In this document: piece after piece, positions 35,199-41,485 of the stretch
Layout of the letters: each line of letters begins with the position of its first letter
Numbering within the stretch: position 1 is the first letter of the stretch
Source: Candidatus Sericytochromatia bacterium
Lineage (GTDB): Bacteria; Cyanobacteriota; Sericytochromatia; S15B-MN24; UBA4093
Direction of reading: 5' to 3'
DNA: 41,485 nucleotides
Assembly: GCA_036676495.1 (NCBI GenBank)
Contig: JAKFCT010000084.1
Coordinates: forward strand, 1-41,485
Made by a program: the position numbers and the translations under genes
Notes under the pieces: model-generated
Databases searched by the model: none
The model's input: the letters and a program-made list of their open reading frames with translations, nothing else
What the model was told of the DNA's origin: nothing

Positions 35199-35335
35199 GT
35201 CCCCCCTTGACGGGGGGACCGGCGAAGCCGAGGGGGGTGTTTGCCGGCGCAGCCATGGCGTTCCTCGTTCTAAGGAACCTGAAGCAGTAACACCCCCCTC
35301 TCGGCTACGCCGAGGTCCCCCCGTCAAGGGGGGAC
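35199..35335. repeat. MITE/REPIN-like inverted-repeat element
   Basis: Perfect 22-bp inverted termini GTCCCCCCTTGACGGGGGGACC / GGTCCCCCCGTCAAGGGGGGAC, each itself a hairpin. Imperfect inner arms extend the inverted repeat to about 45 bp. Confidence 0.8.
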
Positions 35336-35348
35336 GAGACAAGGAAGA

Positions 35349-36431
35349 TTAGACTGAGCGCTCGGAGAGCCAGGCGTTGAGCTTGGGGAAGAGGTTCTTC
35401 GAGGCGGAGCGGCCCGCCACGATCCCCACGTGCCCCGCCCGGATGGGCAGCTCCGTCGCATCCGAGCTGGAAACCACCGAAAGCAGCGGCTTGGACTGGC
35501 TGGGCTGGGCGATGTGATCCAGCTCCGCGTAGACGTTGAGCAACGAGCACCGGATGTTTTCCAGCAAGACCGGCCGGCCTCCCAGCCGCAACTCACCCTT
35601 GATGAGCTTGTTCTGCTGGTAGAACTCCGTGATCCACTGGCGGTAGGCGGCCCCCGCGAAGGGAATGCCATCGTTGACCCAGCGGTTCATGGCCATCCAG
35701 CCCTTCACGTACTCCCGGTCCTCGATGCGGTCTAAGAGGGCGGCGTAGGTGCCCAGGTAGTTCTGCATCGGCTTGAGCATCTTGGCTCCCCAGTCGAGCA
35801 TCTCGGTGGGCACCAGCTTGCAGGTCTCGGCCACCCGGTCGGCGTTGAAGTAGCGGGGATTCAGCCAGGCCGTGTAGAGGCCGGCATCGGTGAAGTCGAT
35901 CGGAGTGGCGAGCAAGACCAGGTTCTTCAGGGGGGCGTCGGGATGGCATGCGGCGTACATCGCCGAGAGCGTGCCGCCGATGCAGTAGCCGAGCATGCTC
36001 AGCTCCTTGGCACCCGAGTGGCGCAGGACCTGCTTCACGGCGCGGGGCAGGTATTCGAGGACGTAATGGTCCATCGAGAGGCCCGCATCCTCTTCGCCGG
36101 GGTGGCCCCAGTCGATCATGAACACGTCATAGCCTTCCGAGACCAGGTACTCCACCAAGCTGTTGCCCGGCATCAGATCCAGGATGTAAGGGCGGTTGAT
36201 GAGGGCGTAGACCAGCAGAATAGGCACCGCATGCCGGCGCTCCGGCTGATGGTAGCGATAGAGCTTGGCCTTGTTCTTGGTCCAGACGACGTCCTTGGGC
36301 GTCATGCCCACGGGCGCCGCCACGGGCTGGGCCACGTGCTGCCAGGCGGCTTCCGCCTGGGTCCAACTCCGCTCGAACTCCCGGCGAAGCGTCTCGGTGA
36401 GAGAATCTAAGGTCTCGGATGGCTGGGTCAT
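35349..36431 (-). CDS. phaC: Polyhydroxyalkanoate synthase, class III/IV-size catalytic subunit
   Basis: 360 aa. TPKDVVWTKNKAKLYRY, YALINRPYILDL.PGNSLVEYL, DWG, lipase-like box GYCIGG, catalytic Asp (ELDHI) and His (AGHVG). Confidence 0.95.
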   Translation of the reverse strand: MTQPSETLDSLTETLRREFERSWTQAEAAWQHVAQPVAAPVGMTPKDVVWTKNKAKLYRYHQPERRHAVPILLVYALINRPYILDLMPGNSLVEYLVSEGYDVFMIDWGHPGEEDAGLSMDHYVLEYLPRAVKQVLRHSGAKELSMLGYCIGGTLSAMYAACHPDAPLKNLVLLATPIDFTDAGLYTAWLNPRYFNADRVAETCKLVPTEMLDWGAKMLKPMQNYLGTYAALLDRIEDREYVKGWMAMNRWVNDGIPFAGAAYRQWITEFYQQNKLIKGELRLGGRPVLLENIRCSLLNVYAELDHIAQPSQSKPLLSVVSSSDATELPIRAGHVGIVAGRSASKNLFPKLNAWLSERSV

Positions 36432-36453
36432 GGCGCGTCGGGCTCCTGTTCGC

Positions 36454-36792
36454 TTACGGCTTGGAGATGGAGTCGACGCGGGCCGCGAGATCCTCGACCT
36501 GGCGGCGAAGGGCGCCGACGGTCATGAGATCCCAGCCGGGAACGTGCTGGGTGGTGCTCGCCATGGTCTGCTCGGCCAGGCGGGCCATCTCCTCGGAGTG
36601 GACCTTGGCCTGCGAGACGAGGACTTCGAAGACCTTCTCGCCGTCGTGGCGCATGGTGTGGGCCTGCTTCATCCAGGTGGCGGCGAGGGTCTCGAGCTGA
36701 TCCTGGCTCCAGTTGAGGGCCTTGGCGTTCGAAAGGGCGGCATCCAGCATCTCGCCGGTCAGGGTGGAAAGGATGGGGGCTGCAGTCGTCAT
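36454..36792 (-). CDS. Putative phasin / PHA granule-associated protein
   Basis: Small amphipathic helical protein with a C-terminal LRRQVEDLAARVD coiled coil, located between the PhaR-like gene and phaC. GAGGAG SD. Confidence 0.55.
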   Translation of the reverse strand: MTTAAPILSTLTGEMLDAALSNAKALNWSQDQLETLAATWMKQAHTMRHDGEKVFEVLVSQAKVHSEEMARLAEQTMASTTQHVPGWDLMTVGALRRQVEDLAARVDSISKP

Positions 36793-36819
36793 GGACATTC
36801 TCCTCGTGAGGGGGGCGGG

Positions 36820-37245
36820 CTACTTGGAGGGACGCTTGGGTTTGGGGGCCTCGACGCCCCGTTCCGGGGTGACCGTGCGGACGGTCATTCCCGAATCGAG
36901 ACGTTCGAGGATGAGGTCGAGCCGATTGAAGAGGGCGTCGAGCTTGCCCTCCATGGCGTCGAGGCGATCGTCGAGGGCGTCGACCTTGGCCTCCAGGTCG
37001 ACCACTTGGCCCGCGAGCCGGGCGAGATCGGTCTTGGTGAGCAGACGCAGGCTGTCCCAGTGCTTTTCCAGGCTCTCCCGCGAGAGCTGATGCTGCGTGA
37101 GGGACTGCTCGCGGGTGGCGCTCATCCAGCTGACGAAGGACTCGGTACCGAGCATCTCCTGCATCGGCTTGCTCCACAGCTCCTCGGAGCGGTCGTAGAG
37201 CTCTTTCCAGGTCTTGAAGAGATCCGGGGGGGCTTGGGTGGTCAT
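36820..37245 (-). CDS. PHA synthase accessory subunit, Bacillus PhaR(class IV)-like / short PhaE-like
   Basis: About 141 aa. DLFKTWKELYD...W...TESFVSWM...TKTDLARLA...DLEAKVD pattern resembles Bacillus PhaR. First gene of the phaC operon. Confidence 0.7.
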   Translation of the reverse strand: MTTQAPPDLFKTWKELYDRSEELWSKPMQEMLGTESFVSWMSATREQSLTQHQLSRESLEKHWDSLRLLTKTDLARLAGQVVDLEAKVDALDDRLDAMEGKLDALFNRLDLILERLDSGMTVRTVTPERGVEAPKPKRPSK

Positions 37246-37282
37246 GGCGCTCATCCTCTTGCTATCCAACCTTGCTGAGGCA

Positions 37283-37328
37283 AGACTAGAGCGAGGACGT
37301 TACAGCCTCGTTACGAGAGGTCGTTACA
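37283..37328 (-). promoter_or_regulatory. Promoter with three SARP-type heptamer boxes (PHA synthase operon)
   Basis: Minus strand reads TGTAACG-N6-CGTAACG-N4-TGTAACG-N9-TAGTCT. Confidence 0.7.
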
Positions 37329-37332
37329 AGAG

Positions 37333-38604
37333 CTAGCGCTGGTTGAGGATGTCCAGGAGCCAGGATTTGGCGGCCGGAGCGTAGATCAGCTCCATGTGGT
37401 TGAGGGGCAGGACGTCCTTGGCCCGGAGCTTGGCGCCGGCACGGGTCATGTCCTGGGTATGCGTGGCGCTCTTGAGGAAGACCACGCCGTCGGCGGGACC
37501 GGTCGTCTCGTTGAGGACGCCCGCGAGGTCGGGCTGATCGCCGGCCAGGACGGCGAGTTCGACGCCGGGATCCAGGGGGTTCTTGCGCAGGCGGTCGATG
37601 AAGTGTCCCCCCTGGGCGATCGCCTTGTCGATACCGGCGCTCTCGCTGACGAAGCCCCGGCCTCCGTGGTAGGTCGTGTACCAGTCCTGCTCGATCCGGG
37701 GCAGCGGGTAAACGTCGTCCCAGCGGTAGAGGAGCTGGGACTGGCCCGGGAAGAAGTTGCCCGCGTCCGTCATCAGGGTCAAGGGGGTGGTATCGATCCA
37801 GAGTCCCATGACCAGCATCTTGGTCCAGGACATCGGAGCGTTGCGGAGGCGGTCGTCCTGCTCGGGGTAGAGCCCGTAGTTGACCAGCGGGTGGCGGAAG
37901 GGGAAGTCGAGGCCGAGGTGAGGGCCACCCAGCAGGATGAGGCGGCGCACGTCCTTGGCGTAAGGGGTCATCCAGGGTTGGCGGACGCCCGAGACCAGCG
38001 CGCGGGCCGCGACGGTCCCCTTGCTGTGGGCCACGAGATCGACCTCCGCCGAGCCGGTCACTTCGCGGATCCGGGCGATCGCCCACGCAATCTGCTCGGC
38101 CCAGAGCAGGTTGTCGCCATGCCGATGCGCGAACGTCAAGGCGAAGACCCGCTTTCCCTTGCCCGAAAGGTAAGGTGCAAGGCCTTCCTTGTCGTGGGGA
38201 TCGTGCCAGGAGGTGTTGGCATCGACCATGACGCCGTGAATCAAGAGCACCGGAGGGCCCTCGCCCTGATCCCAGCCGCGCGCGTAGTGAAGGAGGACGT
38301 CGCGCGAAGGGGGGACGGCCGTCCCGAAGGCCTCGATCAGCTCGGGATCGCGTTGCCGGCCGTTGGGGCGGGCCTTTTCTTGGGGAAAGTCACGCGAGGT
38401 GGCGGTGAGGCGCTCGATTCGATCCCAGTTTTTCCCCCGGACGGTCGCGCTCAGCTTGTAAGGACCAGCGGCACGCGCCGCGACGGTCGAGGCCGAGGGG
38501 CCCGAGGAGAGGTCAATAGCCCCGAGCCCGTCGGGGCGTCCGCAGCCAGCCATGGTTATAACGCTCGCACACAGGGCGATCCAGAACTGCTTCGGACGAG
38601 CCAT
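37333..38604 (-). CDS. Lipoprotein alpha/beta hydrolase (lipase/esterase)
   Basis: Lipobox MAGC; PVLLIHG oxyanion motif; AHSKG nucleophile elbow; DGVV and NHMEL for Asp/His. Start ATG 38604 behind GAGGA (alternative 38616). Confidence 0.85.
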   Translation of the reverse strand: MARPKQFWIALCASVITMAGCGRPDGLGAIDLSSGPSASTVAARAAGPYKLSATVRGKNWDRIERLTATSRDFPQEKARPNGRQRDPELIEAFGTAVPPSRDVLLHYARGWDQGEGPPVLLIHGVMVDANTSWHDPHDKEGLAPYLSGKGKRVFALTFAHRHGDNLLWAEQIAWAIARIREVTGSAEVDLVAHSKGTVAARALVSGVRQPWMTPYAKDVRRLILLGGPHLGLDFPFRHPLVNYGLYPEQDDRLRNAPMSWTKMLVMGLWIDTTPLTLMTDAGNFFPGQSQLLYRWDDVYPLPRIEQDWYTTYHGGRGFVSESAGIDKAIAQGGHFIDRLRKNPLDPGVELAVLAGDQPDLAGVLNETTGPADGVVFLKSATHTQDMTRAGAKLRAKDVLPLNHMELIYAPAAKSWLLDILNQR

Positions 38605-38952
38605 CGGGGTCCTCATCGACTTCCCTTGCGTTTCGCTGCCACCACTCGTTCAGATATCGTTCATACACCCGATTGACTTGCTCGATCAAGTGTTCGTCGA
38701 AAACGCAAATCCCGATGCCCCGGAGCTTACTGGCCCCTGGGTCCCGCAAGCCCTGTCGCGAAGCGGATCGCCGATTTCCCTCCGGCCCAGCGCGGCCGCC
38801 GCGTCCATCCTACCTTCCGGACGGCTCGCCTCCGAGAGCCAAGAGGGAGAACTCCGAGGGACAAGAGGGAGAAACCGAGGCGCCCTTCGCGTCCGATTGA
38901 ACCACGTCCCCGAAGGGTACAAATCCCCTACTCACCTCATTGCGAGCCCACC

Positions 38953-40320
38953 ATGCCACCCAAAGCCCACCGATACCCAGCCTTCTTACCCCCCCGGATT
39001 CGCGAAGGGCTCACGCTTGGGGCGTTTGCCCTGATGCTGGCCATCCTGACGCTCATGGTCGCGGCGGCGCCCTCGGCCTGCCCCCTGCCGCTTTCTCTCG
39101 ACCGTCTCGAATTCCTGCAGGCGCTCTTGGCCGTGCTGGTCACGGGCGCCGGCTTCACGGTTTACTCATGGACCCGCTGGCGAGGCAGCCAGCGCGAGCT
39201 GGAGATCGCCAAGCAAACCAACGTGGCCATCGCGGCTCGCCTTGAAGCCGAACGTGCCTTGAGAGAGAGTCAGGATCGCTTCCAGGCCCTCGCCAACGCG
39301 ACGTTCGAAGGCCTGCTCATCCATGACCAGGGCATCGTCCTGGACGTCAACGAGGCCTTCACCAATCTTGCCGGCCTCACGCGCGAGGACATGCTTGGGA
39401 AATCCATCCTCACCTTCTTTCCGGAGTCGCTCCAGGGCCAGCTGAGGGAGCGGATCCGGAGGCCGCTGGCCTCGGGCACGGAGACCGCCTCCCCTTACGA
39501 GATCGAGGTGCCGACCCCGGCCGGAGAGGTGCTTCACCTGGAGGTTCGCGTCAAGGCCATGCCTTACCAGGGTCGAATCGTGCGCGTGGCCGCCTTCCAG
39601 AACATCACCGAGCGCCGCCGGCTCGAGCGGGCCAAGAGCGAGCTGATCTCGGTGGTGAGCCATGAGCTGCGCAGTCCGCTCGGCTCCCTTCACAACTCCC
39701 TCGAGCTCCTCGCGAACGGCGTTGCCGGTCCCCTGCCCGAACGGGCCCAGCGCATGGCCGAAATTGCCCTGAATTCGGCAGGCCGCTTGATTCGCCTCAC
39801 GAACCAGACCTTGGAGTACGAGCAGCTCAGTAACGGCCGTCTCGCGCTGAACCTGAGCGCCTGCACCGCCGCCGGCCTGTTGCAACAGGCGGCGGACACG
39901 CTGCGCGGCCTCGCCGACTCCCGGGACATCACCTTGTCCGTCGAGGCCGAGCCCTTCCCACTGCACGCCGACGCGGATCGGATCATCCAGGTGCTCGTCA
40001 ACTTCCTGAGCAACGCCCTCAAGTTCGCACCTCCCGGCAGCACGGTCCGGCTGAGGTCCCACCGGATGGAGGACGAGGACCGATTCGAGGTGCGGGACGA
40101 AGGCCCCGGCATTCCGGCGGATCAGGTGGACGCGATTTTCGAGCGCTTCGTGCAGCTCGAACCGGCGCCGCACTGTCCCCAACGCGGCATCGGGCTGGGC
40201 CTGGCCATTTCTCGCGACCTGATCGCCCTGCACGGGGGGCGCATCGGCGTGGAGAGCCCGCCGGGCGAAGGCAGCACGTTCTTCTTCACCTTGCCTCGAG
40301 ACGAAAAGGGCGCCCCCTAA
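38953..40320 (+). CDS. Membrane PAS-domain sensor histidine kinase
   Basis: Two TM segments, PAS domain (ATFEGLLI...DVNEAF), H-box SHELRSPL, N-box NFLSNALKF, and G-boxes DEGPGI and GIGLGL. Start uncertain. Confidence 0.92.
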   Translation: MPPKAHRYPAFLPPRIREGLTLGAFALMLAILTLMVAAAPSACPLPLSLDRLEFLQALLAVLVTGAGFTVYSWTRWRGSQRELEIAKQTNVAIAARLEAERALRESQDRFQALANATFEGLLIHDQGIVLDVNEAFTNLAGLTREDMLGKSILTFFPESLQGQLRERIRRPLASGTETASPYEIEVPTPAGEVLHLEVRVKAMPYQGRIVRVAAFQNITERRRLERAKSELISVVSHELRSPLGSLHNSLELLANGVAGPLPERAQRMAEIALNSAGRLIRLTNQTLEYEQLSNGRLALNLSACTAAGLLQQAADTLRGLADSRDITLSVEAEPFPLHADADRIIQVLVNFLSNALKFAPPGSTVRLRSHRMEDEDRFEVRDEGPGIPADQVDAIFERFVQLEPAPHCPQRGIGLGLAISRDLIALHGGRIGVESPPGEGSTFFFTLPRDEKGAP

Positions 40321-40333
40321 GCGGGGGCGCCCT
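40307..40333. terminator. Hairpin between the convergent HK and cheW genes
   Basis: AGGGCGCCCCC-TAAGC-GGGGGCGCCCT. Confidence 0.6.
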
Positions 40334-40347
40334 GATTCAACGGTTAA

Positions 40348-40797
40348 CTAGGCGAGGGCCTGGGCTTCTTCCTGGTTGAGGACGAGGTCGAGTTCCAGCA
40401 AGATGAGCAGCCGACCCTCGAGCTTGGCGATCCCCTTGAGGAAGGACGCGTCGATGCTGGTGGCCACCATCTCCGGGGTCGGCTCGACCGCCGAGGAATC
40501 GAGCCTCAGGACCTCGCTCACGCCGTCGACGATCATGCCGAGCGTCCGCGAGCGCACGGAGACGATGATGATCCGGGTGCTCTTGGTCGCGTCGGAGGCC
40601 GGGAGGCCGAAGCGCTTCCGGAGATCGACCACGGGGATGATCTTGCCCCGGAGGTTGACGACCCCCACGACGAACTCCGGAGAGCGAGGAACCTTGGTGA
40701 TCTCCGGCATCCGGACGATCTCCTGGACCACCCCGATGTCCACCCCGAACTCCTCGGAATCCAGGTTGAAGCTGACCAGCTGAAGTTCTTCGGCCAC
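40348..40797 (-). CDS. cheW: Chemotaxis coupling protein CheW
   Basis: QLVSF.L..EEFGVDI..VQEI, GVVNLRGKIIPVVDL and GMIVDGVSEV motifs. GGAGG SD with GTG start. Confidence 0.95.
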   Translation of the reverse strand: MAEELQLVSFNLDSEEFGVDIGVVQEIVRMPEITKVPRSPEFVVGVVNLRGKIIPVVDLRKRFGLPASDATKSTRIIIVSVRSRTLGMIVDGVSEVLRLDSSAVEPTPEMVATSIDASFLKGIAKLEGRLLILLELDLVLNQEEAQALA

Positions 40798-40800
40798 GGC

Positions 40801-41485
40801 TTACCTCCGTCCGGCCATGAGGGCCGGGGCCTGAGGCACGGCGCCACCGAGGGTCCGGGCGGAGTCGTGGTTCTGACCGTCCTTGAAGAAGGCGATCGCC
40901 TCGTTGAGCAGCTGAGCCTGGCGCTGCAAGTCGAAGGCCGCCTGGGAGACCATGCCGGTGGCATTGGCCGTCTCCTGCGCCGCGCGGTTGATGCTCTCGA
41001 CCGCCATGACGACCTGGTCCCCGCCCTTCTTCTGCTCGCTGGTGGCCACGGAGACCTGCTGGGTCATGCGGTTCATGGTCTCGACGGCCTTGATGATCTG
41101 CTCGGAGCCCTTTGCCTGCTCGCGCGTGGCGCCCATGACCTGGCTGGTGAGGCGGTTCATCGAGCCGACGGCCTCGTTGATCTGAGCGGCGGCGCGGTTC
41201 TGCTCGCCGGTCGCCTGGGTGATCTGAGCCATGAGGGTCGTGACGTGATCCACCGAGGTGACGATGGCTCCCAGCGACTCGCCGGCGGTCTGCGCCAGCT
41301 GGGTCCCTTCCTGGATGGCGGCGTCGCCTTGCTGGGTGCTCCGGACGGCCTGCTCCGTCTCCTTCTGGATGCCCTTGATGAGGGTCGCGATCTCGCCGGT
41401 GGCCTTGGCGGAGCGCTCGGCCAGCTTGCGGACCTCGTCGGCGACCACCGCGAAGCCGCGGCCGTGCTCGCCGGCCCGCGCCGCC
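40801..41485 (-). CDS. Methyl-accepting chemotaxis protein, C-terminal part (5' end lies beyond the window)
   Basis: AARAGEHGRGFAVVADEVRKLAERS signalling tip; the frame is open to the window edge. Confidence 0.95.
   Translation of the reverse strand, partial: AARAGEHGRGFAVVADEVRKLAERSAKATGEIATLIKGIQKETEQAVRSTQQGDAAIQEGTQLAQTAGESLGAIVTSVDHVTTLMAQITQATGEQNRAAAQINEAVGSMNRLTSQVMGATREQAKGSEQIIKAVETMNRMTQQVSVATSEQKKGGDQVVMAVESINRAAQETANATGMVSQAAFDLQRQAQLLNEAIAFFKDGQNHDSARTLGGAVPQAPALMAGRR

Noticed and set aside
38513-38749. 78-aa minus-strand ORF with a protein-like middle segment
   Set aside because: It overlaps the lipase start out of frame, has no SD, and covers the likely promoter region.

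Overview
High-GC bacterial chromosomal window, densely coding (about 37 genes), with no rRNA, tRNA, CRISPR array, transposase or prophage that I can recognise. The left part holds mixed housekeeping and accessory genes: a TPMT-type methyltransferase, pterin dehydratase, an ATP-grasp enzyme with a histone-like tail, a CBM-esterase, agmatinase, an ankyrin protein, MFS + ABC-F, a SWIM-SNF2 helicase, two CxxC-x17-CxxC zinc-ribbon proteins, malQ, a GHL10 glycosidase, SMUG1 and MUG uracil glycosylases, MarR-yceI-yceI, a delta-9 desaturase, a VWA lipoprotein and a Klenow-like family A polymerase. The most notable system is at about 27.2-38.6 kb: a Bacillus-like class IV-type PHA synthase operon (PhaR-like subunit, phasin-like protein, PhaC), a MalT/SARP(BTAD) regulator and an acyl-CoA ligase-PhaB/FabG-MFS operon. 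Both operons carry the same 11-bp-spaced TGTAACG direct repeats exactly 9 nt upstream of a -10 box, which suggests a readable SARP-type regulon. Other non-coding signals include a structured leader before agmatinase, a leader peptide plus attenuator-like UTR before MFS/ABC-F, a repeated MarR operator, five apparently leaderless genes, structured leaders on both zinc-ribbon genes, loopless palindromic terminators and REP/MITE-like repeats. All product calls come from motif recognition by eye; no database search was run.
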